Positions 41,121 through 56,012 of a stretch of DNA of 64,000 nucleotides are shown piece by piece; position 1 is the stretch's first letter, and every line of letters starts with the position of its first letter. This DNA comes from the human T2T-CHM13v2.0 reference genome, Homo sapiens, in the NCBI RefSeq assembly GCF_009914755.1, contig NC_060925.1; one strand, written 5' to 3'. The notes below the pieces were generated by a model that saw only the letters and a list, made by a program, of their open reading frames with translations, did not search any database and was not told the origin of the DNA. Position numbers and translations under genes: made by a program.

Positions 41121-43799
41121 GTATACTTCTACTCTATCTTTCACAGTCTTATTTCCATAAAGATCAGCTTTTACCTTTTTATTTCATTTCCTTAAAAGGC
41201 TGCTCACTCCTTGTAATAAATTTTCACTCACAGACCACTTAATTTGCAAAGTTCTTATTTTCCTTGACTTCTCAGTGTATGTGGTGTAGGGGAGGGAGGG
41301 ATTGGAGATTGAGACATTTCACACATTGATTTGTGCTTCTTTCTAATTGTTCCTATCATGCCTTTTCAGTTTTATTTCATCCTCTCTGATTGGCCTCTCC
41401 TCCATATATTGTCCCTACCACTTCCACAATTTCTCTCCTTAATGTGGGCTTTCCCTCATGGCTTCTCTTTTGGTCCATTATATCCATATGTCCTCCGTAG
41501 GTAATTCCACCAACTTCTGCCATTTTAGCTATTACCACCAAGAATTTAATTCATGGAACCCTGTAACACTCCAAAACTTCATAGATAAAAAGAAAATAAA
41601 ACCCTAATGGAGACTGCAAATAAGCTGTCATAGAGGAGAATCAAGTAAAAGATGGTATCTAGAGGGAAGGATGCTTCAAGAAGGAGTGGGTGTTTTAATA
41701 ATGTTGAAAATCTGTGAAAAGCTTAGCAAAGGACTGGGTTTGGTTAGTGGTTTTAGCAGGAACCACTAGTAAAAGTAATTAAAAGATACTTTTAAACATG
41801 AGATTGTAAAAAATAAGAAGTGAATAAAACATGAGAGTACAAAAAATAGGCATATGAACCTCATAAAAGCCATCTATTATTTCAAGTACTTTGTTTGGAA
41901 AGGGAAGGAAGGAGCTCGGTCATTGTTTGAAGGGAACATAGGGCCCAGGGAAGGGTTTTTATTTTTTTTTTTCAGAATTTAAGAGAGTTGAGAATTTTCT
42001 AGATGTCTGAGATGTAGGAAATAATGTAGAGGCATAGATGGAAGATAAAGAAATAGAAGATAGTAGAAGATAAAAAGAAGATAGAAGGTAAAGAAAATAG
42101 ATAGAAAAAGACTCCTGCAGAGACAGGACACAAGATTGAAAGCACAGGTGAAGGTGTTAACCAGGGAAAGAAGAGATGCTCCCTTACCAGAAGAAAAGGT
42201 GGCCAGGATGATTCATGTTCACAGTTCTCTCTTAAAAAGTACAGGTGAGAAGGTAAAAAGTTCAAAGGAAGGAATTCGGAAAGTCTTGGAAAAACACATT
42301 ACGCTTCTATGTTGTGTAACCTTTTATATTCTGCTGATACACGGCCATTATTTGGTATAAGTGAGGTAATACGGAAATATGTGGAGAAGCCCTGGACCTC
42401 CCAGAAAGTTTTCTGTGATCACAAAAGAGAATTTTAGGTAGGACAAAGCTTCCCTTATACCTGCTACTACCTTTATGGTAATTACTTCTGAAATTAATTT
42501 TGGATGATAGTTGTGATTCATTAAATATAAGTATTAGCCAACCTGGAGACCCGAAATGAGTGAACTAAAAAAACAGGACAGTAATCCTGTGTTCTTTTAC
42601 TCAGGATTAGTACAGCTTTCTTCCTCAGCTGTTCTTTTATAGCATTGTAAGGGGCTATTGGATGTTGACTGCCAAGTTTGTACAGTATTACCATCTAAAA
42701 AGAAATCAGAACAGCTCTGCATCTATAAACAGTGTGGTCCAATTTATTGAACTAACTAAAATAGAATTTGAGAGTGAGAATTTTCAGTTTAACAGTACAA
42801 AAAATTCTTAGAACAATGAAAAAAGAAACAATATTAACAGAAATTGTCACATAAGGTGTGACAGGATCAAAGGTCAAGATATGTGTTAGAGAAAATTTGT
42901 TGTTTAACAGCTAAGTTTGTCTTCTTCCCTAATGAATCTCTCTTACCTAGCACAGTGCCTGACTTTCCTTAGGTCATAGTTGCTTAATCACTGAATGAAG
43001 AGATGTGTTAAGTGACTGCGTTTTATGGGAAAATTAATTTAGGGGTTTTTAAAGGGTTTCAAGATATTTCCTTAACAGATGTTGAGGGTCTTCTCAAGTC
43101 ATTCCAAATCTTAGTTGCAGATGAGAATCACTTCTGCTCTTTTTTAAGCACAAAAATTCTAAATGTTTAACCCTAAATGTTTACCCCGAAGGTTTGGATT
43201 CAGCAAGTCCTGGTAGTTAGCTACTGATATTTTAAAACACTGACCATTTGATTTGGAGACAAGCATTGAACTGAACATCACTTCCTCTCTGGCATGATTT
43301 AGATTTAAAATGTCACAAAATCTAAAATGCATATAGATAAAAAGAATGAGGTGTCTTATCATATAAATATGTTGAAAAATTCGAGGCAAATATTTCCAGA
43401 TTTTTATATAAATAAACCTAAGTCCCTTTCACTCATTAATTAACTAATTTATAGAGGCCCTGCTATGTCTAAGCTACTCTCTTTTTGAAACTTGATGGTA
43501 TAATTGGGAAACATTATTGGTAAAGAGATGAAAATTAAGGCTTAACTATAGAGTTAAAAACTGGGGTGATACTTTTATGTTTTTTTTTTTTTATTTTTTG
43601 AGATAATCTCACTCAGTTAGATGTAACTGCAGGGACACCATGAAAAGATTATCCAACTCTCCTTGTGAATTCTAAGGAATATGTGTCATAAATGCTGAAC
43701 AAGCAGAGACCATTAATCCAATGCCAATGGTTGAAGTATTCTAGGTTTTTCTGTTTCTCGCCAGGGTTTGTATTTCCAAGCCAACTGCTTCATGAGACG

Positions 43800-43835
<36 letters not shown>

Positions 43836-45561
43836 ACCAGATTACTTCAATCTTCAGAGAGTACATTGTGCATTTATTAAAAGTATGAGAAGGTCCAGAA
43901 TATCATATCTTTTTTGATTTGGATGAATCACATGGTAGACTTTGGAATAACTATAGGAATAAATGAACTGTGTATCTTTCAAGTATTCAAAGCTGCATTT
44001 TTATAGATATTTCGTGATTATACTAAGTTGAGTTGAGCAAGTCTATTTGATTTATCATTATCACATGTTGAGGGAACTGTTTCAAATTCAATTTGTTGTA
44101 CAAAAATCATTTAAAGTTTTTTTTTTCTGCACATGTGATCCATTGTGGGTCTGTTACCCTCCATTTATTAACTGATTATTATTCTCAGCTTGTCTCCAAG
44201 GAACTCAAACCCAATAAGGAATTATAATTTATTGTGAAATAGGAATAGTTTGGTCTCTAACAACTGAAGTCTTGTATAATAGACTAAAAAAAAAAAGCCT
44301 ACTGGGGAGAGGATAAATTTTGAATTCCAGTTCTGCTGTTATAAACTGGGGAATATGAGCATGTTATTTAAATTTCCCAATGCTCTTTTTCTTGATAATT
44401 AAAATAGAATATTTGAAAGCCACCGTGAGTCTTCAAGACAACAGCTTATGAACAATTAACCAACACAGTGCCCAGAATATAGTAGGGGCCTAAGAAGAAT
44501 TAGTTTTCTCCCCTCGAAGGGACGATAACCATTATAGTAGACATTTTGATTTGAATCCCAAGGAAATAAGAGATTAAAACATGTGCTATTTTCTCCTTGG
44601 TTGGATGAAGTGATGGAATGTTTACATATTCTATTTTTATTTTGTTCTGTGAGTTTCCTAAGCTGTGCTTGTCATATGCCAGACATTAGCTAGTCACTGA
44701 GGCTAAAAAAGATGAATAAACAAAGTTTATTTCCTGAAGGAGGAGGACACAATTTCTTGAGGGAAACAGATAAGTAAACGAGTAATTAATAGTCAGCATG
44801 AGATCTACCATACTAGAGGTATTGGTTCACAGGTAGGAGCACCATAACTAAATATTTATTATCTAGATATCAAATATCAAGGCTCATGGTGATTTCCAGT
44901 TTTACCAGAAGTGGCCAAATGGCTGGCAGACAAGAGGCTTCGTAAGAAAGCATTTACTTTAAAGACTTTATTTCTCTTTAGGATTTTGCCTTCAGATTCA
45001 TATGTTCAGAAATTTAGAGACCTACAGTTGACAAGATTTGAGATTTTTGTCTAGTTGGCCAATGGATAATTAAGGAGAAAAAAGGATTTTTCAAGGGAAT
45101 TAGGAATTTACAATAGTTGGGACAACATATTTTCTACCTGTAGATAATCATCCTGGAAATTTAGATGATCAGATTGCTTGACTAGTCTTGGAGCCAGACA
45201 AGTCAATTCATTTACATGACTCAGATGTGCTCTGTCATCAATCTCTAATACTCTGATAGAGATACTCCATTCCTGGCACACCAGACAATGGACACTAGTC
45301 CTAGTAGGGCACCTTCTCTCTTGGACTGTGGATGAAAGTTCAGTGTTTCCTCTGACACCTCTTTTTTTCTTTACCTTCATGGTAGACTAGCTCCTGTCTG
45401 ATTGACACATTCTTTTCTTAAATGTTTTAATATCTGCAATCAGATAATGAAGTTAACCAAATATGTCCACCATGCTTTATTTACAGAGTGTGCCTTCTTT
45501 CTTTGGAGACTGTTGTGTAATGCTCTTTATCTTTACTGATTGTGTTTTGTTTTCTGTATAG

Positions 45562-45784
45562 GTATATGTCAACCTTGTATTCTCACCCTGATTTTCCAGA
45601 GAAAGGGCCAGAGGAGATTAATGAAGAACTAATGAAAAATGTTAGCCACAATCCCCTTTTACTTCTCACACCACAGAAAGTTAAAAGATATGTTGAGTCT
45701 TTATGGAAGAAGAAAAGCTCTGGACAACCTGTCACCTTTACTGATATCTTTGGGATGTTAATAGGAGAAACACTAATTCATAAT
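45562..45784 (+). CDS. PLA2G4A: cPLA2-alpha exon (~exon 9), YMSTLYSHPDFPEKGP...ETLIHN
   Basis: gtatag|G ... AAT|gtaagt; 223 bp, phase 2-0; lies within ORF 45542..45841. Confidence 0.97.
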
Positions 45785-46530
45785 GTAAGTTACAGTTCAA
45801 TCTACACTGCTTTTATAACAAGTAGACAGAACATATTATAATATTATATTTTAAATAAAAGAAAATGTAATACATTTTATAAAAGTCAGTGGACTCTACT
45901 TATTTGTCCAACTATGCGTACTGAGCCCATTCTCCCCACCAGAGATTATAATTCTTCTACCTTTCAAACTAGTGCTTACTAATTCATTTCAATGATGTAA
46001 AGATTTTGAATGTGTGAGGAAGTGCTTTTGTATTCCTTTTCTCTGGAAAAAAAAAAAAAAAAAATTCACATTTTAACCCTTAACTGCCCATTCCCTCCAA
46101 GAATGGTAACATTTTTAGATGAGGAAGAATGAAGTTTGCCTGAATAGAGTCAAGAAAGGAAGGGGATCGCATAGAACAGACTCGCTTGATGCATGATTGC
46201 ATTGATGTTTCGTTGAAGATAAAGCAGAGGAGCGCCTGTGACAGGGAGTCCAGGGGCTAAGTTTCTTCCAGGCTCCACAGTTGCTAATTCATTCTCCAGT
46301 TCAGATGTAGACATATAATCTAGAGTTATGATTATTTTTTAAATGAAGATAGTTACTTCCATAGAGCTTATTTTTTGTTGTTCATTCAGGACCTAGTAAT
46401 TTCTAGAAGTAATAAGACTTATTTTTATTATAAAGTTATAAGATTTTGATTGGAAGTACTATTTTGAATAGCATTCTTTCTGTGTCTGTTTATAAATTTA
46501 AAGTCATCTTTTTCTTTCTTCTGTGGACAG

Positions 46531-46645
46531 AGAATGAATACTACTCTGAGCAGTTTGAAGGAAAAAGTTAATACTGCACAATGCCCTTTACCTCTTTTCA
46601 CCTGTCTTCATGTCAAACCTGACGTTTCAGAGCTGATGTTTGCAG
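46531..46645 (+). CDS. PLA2G4A: cPLA2-alpha exon (~exon 10), RMNTTLSSLKEK...SELMFA
   Basis: gacag|AGA ... GCAG|gtatgc; 115 bp, phase 0-1. Confidence 0.96.
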
Positions 46646-47019
46646 GTATGCTGTTTCCTTTCTCAGAACACTTCCTGGAACCTCTGAATTGCAGTTTCCC
46701 ATGGTTTTCCTTAGAGGAAGGTCATAAGCAATTTCAGTTGTTTATTTTAATGTATTTTCTGTAACATAAGACTTTGAAGATATAAGAAAATATTAAGTGA
46801 GATGATTTCCTGGTTGTAGAGAATATTCCATGAAACTAGTAACTAATGTATTTTCATTTACTATAGTAAAATAAAAATCATGGATACAATCAATCAATAC
46901 AGTCAATTAATTATCCACTCCTCAGTAACTTTTGACAAAATAATATGCCTAGTGCTTTTAGGTAGTGCAAATTGTTTTACTTGTTGGTTATCTTTTCATT
47001 AATTGGGTAATATGATCTA

Positions 47020-47376
47020 CAGTCCTCCCTTGGTACTCATGGGGGATTGGTTCCAGGCCCCCCTGTGGATACCAAATTCAGTGGCTGCTCAAGCCCCACA
47101 TACAAAATGGCACAGTGTTTGCAGGTAACCTACACACATTCTTATGTATACTTTAAATCATCTCTAGGTTATTTACAATGCCTAATACAGTGTAAATGCT
47201 AGGTAAATAGTTGTTATATTGTTAGGGAATAATTACAAGGAACAAAAGTCTGTACATGTTTAGTACAGATCAAACAGTACATGTCAACAACGTTACATTT
47301 TCTGGAATTTTTAAAAAATATTTTTGATCTGCAGTTGATAGAATTTGCTGAACTCATGGGTATATAGAGCCAACTG
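47020..47376 (+). mobile_element. MER2-like TcMar-Tigger element
   Basis: TA|CAGTCCTCCCTTGGTA...GGGGATTGGTTCCAGG...CCAACTG|TA, with TA target duplication. Confidence 0.85.
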
Positions 47377-47547
47377 TATGTTTGCCATTCAAAGTGCTGT
47401 TGTAATTTTTATAATTCAGCACCTAAAAAGTTCTAGTGTATATTTGTAGTGGTTGATGAACCAATGCCTCATTTTGTTAAAATCTCAGGAGTGAACACTT
47501 GTTTCTTCTCAAGCTTTGCTTCTTGGATACTATAAAAGTGCACAACA

Positions 47548-47681
47548 CTACTCGGGAGGCTGGGGCAGGAGAATGGCATGAACTCGGGAGACAGAGGAGC
47601 TTCCAGTGAGCCGAGATCATGCCACTGCACTCCAGCCGGGGCCATAGAGCGAGACTCCGTCTCAAAAAAAAAAAAAAAAAA
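47548..47681 (+). mobile_element. 5'-truncated AluY (right arm only)
   Basis: GAGAATGGCATGAAC; A tail; TSD AAAAG(T/G)GCACAACA. Confidence 0.88.
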
Positions 47682-50600
47682 GGGCACAACAGCATACTTT
47701 TGGGGGGGCCTCTGTCAGTGTTAGTCTGCAGCACAATAGCATTTCTGACTGTAGCTGGTGGGCTTCATTCTATTTTTAGGAAAATTATCTCAGTGACTTC
47801 AGACACCCCATGAGCTTAAAAAACCATCATGAGTGGTGTGTAATTGGCACATATATATCCAGAATCCTTTTGTAATTTTCACTTTTCTCTCAACTGCCTC
47901 TCAGACAAAAATTTTGAATAGTTTACAAAAATTAGCACACATGGGATCCATTCATTCAAATGTTTATTAAAATATTGGCTAAAATGTTTGTCATGCTTAT
48001 GGTTCAGAACGCACTTATCACATTTGCTATTTTATTCCATGTTTCCTACAACCGGGGAGTAGGTATTTTTAGCTCTGTTCAACAGAAGAAAAACGAAAAC
48101 CTCATAAAGATTAAATAATTTGCACATTGCTGCTTAGAACGTAATTAGCAGTGCTGAAATTGGTTTCAAAAATCCTTTGTTCTTTTTATTTTACCATACT
48201 AACTTCTGATGTGTACATAGTGATTACCGTCTATATAGATTGCAGCAGTCTGCCGGGCGCTAAGGATGAATTCCTCTTTCCTCACCACAATATATTGTCC
48301 CTACCCTATAAGACCTTATAGTCTGTTTGGAAAATTTACAATAATTATTAAAGAAGTTAAGGCACAAGAGAGTACAGAACTGTTACTATACACTGTCATT
48401 TTGACCAAGTTATATAATCTACGTTAGACCCAGTTTTCTCATCTGTTAAGTGAAGATGAGACTTCTCACAATGTTTTGCCAAAAAATGAGACAAAGTATG
48501 TAAACAATGGCAGGCCCTAATAATAAGTTTCCAGTACATTTTAACAATTTAGAATGTTCTGTGAAAGCTGTATAAGAAAAGTCAGAGGTCTAGATCTTAA
48601 AGATTAATAGGATTTGAATATGAAAGGCACATTTAATTATTGGATTGTGGAAGGGGGCATGTAGCAGGGTCAGGGATAACTCAGGTGTGCTCAATGGCAA
48701 CAAGGAACCACACATCTTGGGCTATAATGGGGTTCATAGTAGAGAGTTGAGACTTTATTACATAGAAAAGTAAGCGCCATAATGAAATTGCTTCCCCCCA
48801 GCCATAGCTATTATCTTGTGGAGCTTTGAAATTTTTGGAATTGTTTGATCTATAACACTTGCATGCTAGTCAGATTTTTGCATGGCCAAATAAATCATCC
48901 TTCACCCAGAAAGAATTACATGGTCAAAAGAACACTACATTCTAATTTAAAAGCCTTGTCTTACAATACTTCTAAGCTGAATACCTCAGGCTAGTCATGT
49001 AATCTCTGATTCTTATTTTCCTCCTTATTTTAAAAAATATATTAACCCTAAGATTTATCTTCCAGAGCTATTAAGGCAATAATATGAAATATGCATAAGA
49101 TGAGACTGAAAACTATAAAGAGGCATACAAATATAAAAGTTTGTTTTTATTGTCATGATTGTTCTGGACTTTTCACGGTGGTTATATTTTATTCTGAATT
49201 TTTAGTCAATAGCCATTTTCCAAGAAAACTTAACTAAAATAATTAAAGAATAAATAATATTTGGGTGAGTGGATATTCTGGGTTCTTTTAGACTGAAAAA
49301 ATGCTGTTTTATATTCAGTTAGTAGTCTTTGGACCTGGATGTGTCTTCTTTTGACATCTGCTTCACTGCAGTACTGCTACTGAGATGAGTGGTGCATCAT
49401 TAACCTTCATTGTTAAGCTTCTGTCATAAGGCGGGTTGAGCTGTGTCTTCCAACAGATTTAGACAAAATCATTAAACATTAATTATATGAATCTTGTACC
49501 CAGATAAGACATCTTAAGGTACATGTCTTGAGTGTTCAAGTAGCTTTACTTGAGTTACTGGGAAAAAAAGAATAGAGACACGTCTGTAATTTATTCTTCC
49601 AATATATGCTTAGATTGAAAGTGGCTGTGTAGAAGAAAAAGTTGAGATAGTCTCTGAATTATATTTTTAAAAGTCAAATAATCAAATTAGCTTACAGAAG
49701 CTTTATTAACAATTTTACTTCAACAATACCGGATAATATTTTCCCTTCCTCTTGGAATAATTTTAAACACACCTTTCATTTAGAAATTTCTTGGAAATTT
49801 TCAACAAATAAACATTGGTGTTTAAACTGTTAGAAATTCCTGACTCCTCCACTACATCACATTGCTGAAAGGACTTAAAACGTTCATTTAAAAATTTCCA
49901 CTGGTGAATAAACTGCATTTATGGATTACAACTTATGGTTATGAACTTAGCATCATGCTAAATTTTTTGACAGACACTTTAGAAGTACAAATATAGTATT
50001 TTTCCTCAAGAAAGTTATAATCCTATTGAAAGAGACAAAAATAAAGCATGGAAAAATTCCTATAATATACCTAGACCTGACATAAGTGTGTAGACCTGAC
50101 ATAAGGGTGAGATGTCATAGAGATTTAGTATAGTTGTAAGAAAGGGTGATGAAACTTGGATTTAAGTCGAATGTAGAAGGATCTATCAAGTACGGGTAAA
50201 AAGATACCTTTGTGTGGAAACAATATGAGAAAATGCTCAGAAGGGAAGCCAGAGTTATGTTTTGGGCATCACTATTAAAAAAAACAACTAGTCTAGGACT
50301 TATGCACACATTGGTGAAGAAAAGGTGTTGTATTTGGAGGCACCAATAGTCCCAAGTTATGGAATGATTTTAATTCCAGACAGAAATATTTTTATTTGAT
50401 TTTGATGATAATGGAAATAGTTAATGCTTTTGTGCAGGGCAATAAAATTATTTATGTAGTGTTTTTGAAAAAGGCACTTTGGTGACCAATAAAAACAGAA
50501 TGGAAAGGAATGAAACTGGAAGCAGAGATATCACTGTGCTTTTGTGATAAGGCCCTGGAACTAGGGACATACTGATAAGAAAAGAATAGATGGATATGAG

Positions 50601-51250
50601 AGGCCTAAAGGTTATCGGTGTGATGCAATGATGGATTTGATAGAGTGATAGCATGGTTTACTGAAATAGGTAAGCTGGCCCAGGAAGAAGGGTGATGAGT
50701 TCTTATCTAGGTAAGTATAGTGGGAGGAGATGACAGAATATCTGAGTGTAAGGGCCCCAAAGGAAGTTGAAAGTACATGGAAGCGCAGGAGAGAGGTTGG
50801 AGTCAAAAGGTAGAGTCACCAGCAGGAGAGAATTAGTTGAAAACTAACACCGTGAGTTCTTCAGTGAGGGGTGCAGAGCTCATTTTAGCTTTTGAGAATG
50901 CCTAAGTTACTATGTGCCCAGGCCATGGCGCTAATCAAGAAGAGATCGCTAGAAAAGCAGGAACCAGGAAGTTGTTATGCCTCAGTTCCCATGATAGGGT
51001 TGTGAAATTGAGAGATAGGAAATTACTTGTATGAATACAGGAATTTTCCTAACAGCCTCTGATTCATTGCTAGTTATGTCTCACAAATTCCACGTAAATC
51101 GTTGTAAATCACACCACTTTCTGATGAAGAATATATGTACCATTTGGCTTTGACATATAATGAATTACAATGTTATCAAAATTGTGATTTCATCACTTCC
51201 TTCATGAAAGGAAGGTGTTGTGACCTACCATTGAACAAACAATAACTATA

Positions 51251-51570
51251 GATCCACAATTCCTTTTCCAAACCTTTGGTGACATGTGTTTTAGAATTCA
51301 AAATGTTTGGATTTTGGAGATATAAAGATACTCATATTGTGTATTACCTAATACCCCAGTGGGTTCTTATAATCAGTGATATTTCTCCAATAGGATATAT
51401 AAATATCCACATTGAGTGGGCTAAATGAATTATAAGAGCCCCCACTAACATTCAAGCCTGATTTCTCACTAAATGAATTCAGATTAGATTTTACAAACAA
51501 ATGAGTAACAAAGAAGCTTATGAATTTTTGAATTGTTTGGATTTTGTATTGTTGGATAAGATATTACAGA
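51251..51570 (+). mobile_element. MER46-like Tigger-family element
   Basis: AGATCCACAATTCCTTTTCCAAA...TTGGATAAGATATTACAGAC degenerate TIRs; family assignment from recall. Confidence 0.6.
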
Positions 51571-51579
51571 CATATTATA

Positions 51580-52380
51580 ATTTCAGAAAGAGAAAAGCTA
51601 GAAAAAAAAATGAAGTGGGATAGAGAATTATGAGTTGGGCAGGGGTGGATGATGTTGGGATTTTAAAATGGACCATCAGCAAAGACCCTAAAATAAAGAT
51701 TAAGTAGGAGCAAGCATTATAACTGCAGAAGGGAATAGCAAGTGTAAGGTGCTGAAGTGGGAATGAACTTGACTTCTTTGAGGAACAGCAAGAAGATCTG
51801 TGCCGTGTGGCTGAAGTGAAGTGGGATACGCAAGACAAAATGTGATAGAACATTGTTAGGAGGGATGTGGTCACATCACACAGGGAGTGGGATCTAGGCC
51901 AGGACGGAAACTTGTCGGCCCTGTTTTTATTTTCAGTGTAATGGGAAGCTTTCAGATGACACTGGTGTGCTGTGATTTATATTTTTAAAGATTTATTCTG
52001 GCTATGGGATATCAAAAAGATAATAAGTGAACAGAGTAGAAGCATTTTAGGAGGTTATTGTGGAGGTCCAGGAGAGAGAATACAGCAATTTGTATCAGTA
52101 CGATCACAGTGGACAAATGGATAAGTGACCAGGTTCTAAACATACCTCGTGATAGAGCCTACAGCACTTGATTTTTCCTGTGTAAGCTATAAGGGAAAAG
52201 AGAACCATCAAGGGTAATCCTGAAGTGAGTAGTGGCATGAATAATATAGTACCATTTACCAACAAGAAGAAGAATGAAGGAGTTGCAAATGTAGAAAATG
52301 GGAATCAGAAACCAGGAGTTCTTGCTGAAGACATCAAGATGCAGATGATAATTAGACATAGTCGTAGCCATGGGAATACA
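51580..52380 (-). mobile_element. L2 fragment (other L2/MIR remnants near 2015-2520, 5460-6000, 6760-6950, 30800-32520, 35745-35960, 50100-50900, 52400-52640, 61440-61640)
   Basis: Degenerate motifs such as GCAAGTGTAAGGTGCTGAAGTGGGAATGA, CATTCATT..CAAACATTTATTGA and CTCAGTTT..TCATCTGTAAAATGG; boundaries approximate. Confidence 0.6.
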
Positions 52381-53188
52381 TGAAACATAAAGTGGCTACT
52401 ATTTATTGAGCAATTAAAATGTGCTATGTCCTCTTCTAAGCTCCTTACATTTCTTAACTCAGTGGATCTTCAAAACAATCCTACACACTATCTACTTGTG
52501 ATATGTGATTTTATTCACATTTTATAGATTAGGGACCTAAGACAGAGAGAATAATACCAAAGTCAGTAAGCACAGCTCATAAGCAGCAAAATAGGTTTTG
52601 ATCCCAGACAGTCCAGCTCCAGAGCCCCCGCGCTTAGACAGTATACATCTCTGGCACTATTACCATGTTTTTCTAAGGCATTCAACCTAAAAACTTTGTA
52701 TTGCAATCTTGTGGAGTTAGAATAGACAGTTAGTGAGCAAAATTGAAGTGAAGGTGAAGAAAAGATAAATGTTAGAAAACATTTTATTTCATTTTAATAA
52801 ACTGTTTGAATTGCTTAGAAGAGTTTAATTTATTCTGTATGCTCCATGAAATTTATATCTAGTTAGCAGTTTTCAGTTTCCTATTCTGTAGAATGAAAAC
52901 TGGCTTCAAAAAGACATCTGAGTTTTTAAATAGAAAAGTGCATCTAATTTCTGCAAATTAGAAGGGATCTTTTTGTATCGTCTTGTCTTATTCACCTCTA
53001 AGCGTTTTTTCCCCCAACTTCTACACAATGTCATATACATAATGGGCATTTGGCTAATGTTTTCATTTTGATATTTTAAATAAGTGAATGAGAATAAGCA
53101 TAACATTATTAAAGTGATCATTAATTGTGCACACCATGCCATAGCATTTTCCTATTAATGGATTGCCTTGTTTTTAAAATACTTTCAG

Positions 53189-53326
53189 ATTGGGTTGAAT
53201 TTAGTCCATACGAAATTGGCATGGCTAAATATGGTACTTTTATGGCTCCCGACTTATTTGGAAGCAAATTTTTTATGGGAACAGTCGTTAAGAAGTATGA
53301 AGAAAACCCCTTGCATTTCTTAATGG
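53189..53326 (+). CDS. PLA2G4A: cPLA2-alpha exon (~exon 11), DWVEFSPYEIG...PLHFLM
   Basis: ttcag|AT ... ATGG|gtaagt; 138 bp, phase 1-1. Confidence 0.96.
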
Positions 53327-53420
53327 GTAAGTGATCAAAATAAAAATATATCATTGACTTGCTTGACTATTTTGAAACCTGGGATATTTTAAGTTATTTT
53401 CTGTTTCTGTTTTATTTTAG

Positions 53421-53513
53421 GTGTCTGGGGCAGTGCCTTTTCCATATTGTTCAACAGAGTTTTGGGCGTTTCTGGTTCACAAAGCAGAGGCTCCACAATG
53501 GAGGAAGAATTAG
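53421..53513 (+). CDS. PLA2G4A: cPLA2-alpha exon (~exon 12), GVWGSAFSILFNRVLG...MEEEL
   Basis: ttttag|GT ... TTAG|gtatcc; 93 bp, phase 1-1, after a 94-bp intron. Confidence 0.95.
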   Translation: MSGAVPFPYCSTEFWAFLVHKAEAPQWRKN

Positions 53514-55794
53514 GTATCCTAAAGATATGCTTACATTGATACAAATCTTGCTACATTGATAAAGTTTATTGACATATATAGAGAGAATATTAAATCTTTG
53601 TAAATATTTCAACTATTCTAAATTTATTAATAATTTGGTTGAATCAATCTAAATATTTCCTAAAAATAATATGTTACTTCTTAAGTATTATTTTGACACT
53701 GAGGTTATAAAACTCATAAAAATCATTGATTTCTAAGAGTAATTTTTAATAGAACACATCTCTATTCCTTTTTCGCATTATACTGCTAAACATACTATTT
53801 GTATTAGAAAGTCCTCTTTTTATCAAATAAGAATAGCTTTTTAAAGATTAGATTCACCAACAGCTAAATACAATGTAACACTGAAGCTTATGCTTGTCAG
53901 TTTATTTAACCCTTAAATATTAACTCACCAGAATTCTGTTAGCATCTTATATTAATCTATACCCAAAAGAAGGAAAAAAATCAAATCACCTCTAGTACAC
54001 TTAAACTAATGATTTTCATTAAATCTAACCTATTGGCCTATAATAAATTACGAATATTTACAAAACCTGAGAAAGTAGACAATCTCAACTGGGGACCAGT
54101 GGTTTTCATTCATTATAGGAATACCATAGAAACATGTTTTCTTAAATTAATAAATTTGACTTAAAACAAACAAAAAATTTATATTCAGTTTCTTCCAAAA
54201 GCCTTGCCACCTGTATTTTAATCAACATTAATTTTTGGGTTGACTGTTTTGACTGATAGCATAAAGAAATGGTGGCATGCTAAATCTGAATTTGGAGCCA
54301 TAACAGCAGGGACCTGGGAGAAGTGCCTGATGGACTATCAACACAACTACCTACTATCTCTTCTCTATCTGGGAAGTAGCAAAGATCTATCTGAGAACAA
54401 AGAAGTCGACAGAATAACATTGATGACTTTTTAAATAATTAATTTATTTGAAGAATGCTTGCATACAAAAAGCTTCCTGCAGGAATTTTAAACAAGCTGT
54501 CCTTGGTTATCCCAGGCAATGTCAGTTGATTTAATTAAGTTTACATGCAAAAGAGAATACAATTGTAACATTAATTGGAACATTAAGTTGGCTTATAAGC
54601 AGTATTTCCACTGCTCCTACAATTGATTTTAGTTATTTGATAATTTATTTAATATTTGTATTTAGTGTGGTAAACTCCTGTAGTTCATAATATTTTCAAG
54701 AGTGTCATTTGTATTTTTGTTAGTTCTTAATGAATAATGGAAAAGTTATCTTATAATTTCATTGGAGCCAAAGATTTTAAAATAAAAATAAAAACAAACA
54801 CACAAATAAGGCACCTTGTGTTTGTTTATTTTCTGTCCTCTGATCATCACCCAGTTAATGAGCAAACAAGGTAGGTGGCACCCATGAGCCTGCTGTGACA
54901 TTTACCACGGGGCACATTCTCCTAAGAGTAACTGCAAGGAAATGTGTATAATGATAAAATGATCTTACTTGATTTCTTTTAATGAACATTACATCCCAGA
55001 TGAATGTCCTGTTCCCAACTCTTTGTGGAAATAACAAACCCTTTCTCTAAGTTATGTGAAGATTTTAGAAAAAAAAAAAAGAAGAAGAAAGAGAAGATCA
55101 CATATTGAGGCTTGCTTCCTGTGCCCCTCTGTTGAATAATCCAGATAACCCAGGGTTTGCTGTTTTTTCTTCTTAAGGCAGGAAGAGAATAGGACTGAAA
55201 TAACAGATCTGAATGTGGGTGAGACAGTGGCTAAAAGCCAAGGAAAAGGAGGAGGTTTATACTAGGTAGTTTTGAGAAGGTTCTTTGTTGAGAAGTTTCT
55301 TTAGAGGCCGGCAGTCTGGCAGCTTATTGACTCGGACTGTGTGTCAGACTGAGGGGGAATATCGTGTATGTGTGATCCGCCAGTCAGCAGGAAGCATGTT
55401 ACCTCAGATTAAGTAAGGATTTCCAGAAATGAAACCAGAGAGGTGACCAAGAGGACTCTGAGGACTCCTGGTGACTACTCTATCCTTTGGCTGACTGAAG
55501 TCTATCTCCTAAAGGAGTGTTCAGAGATGATTTTTACTTTTTTGTTTTCTTCCTTCTGAAGAAAGACTTTAAGGTAAATTGGGCTACAATCAGGTAACTC
55601 TGAATGAAACTACTTACTCTCTAAGGAGTTTTGAATGAATGTGAAAAATTTACACTTTTGAGAGATGGAGTTGTACATTATACTAGGATGGAAAATATGT
55701 AAATTCAGAATAGTTAGCTATTCATATCATGAAGTCTTCCTTACAAATAAGACAGTATTTTGGTGAACTATTTTCTTAAACTATCATATGTGAC

Positions 55795-56012
55795 AGAAAG
55801 AAAGAAAGGAAAGAAAGAAAGAAGAAAGAAAGAAGAAAAAGAAGGAAAAACAAAGAAAGAGAAAGAAGGAAGGAAGGAAGGAAAGAAGAAAGAGAAAGAA
55901 AGAAAGAGAAAGAAAGAAAAGAAAGAAAGAAAGAAAAAAAGAAAAAGAAAGAAAAAAGAAAGAAAGAAAGAAAGGCAATAGAAAGAAAATACTTAAGGAA
56001 GGAAAAGAAAAT
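55795..56012. repeat. (GAAA)n-like polypurine tract
   Basis: About 200 bp of nearly pure A/G. Confidence 0.95.
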
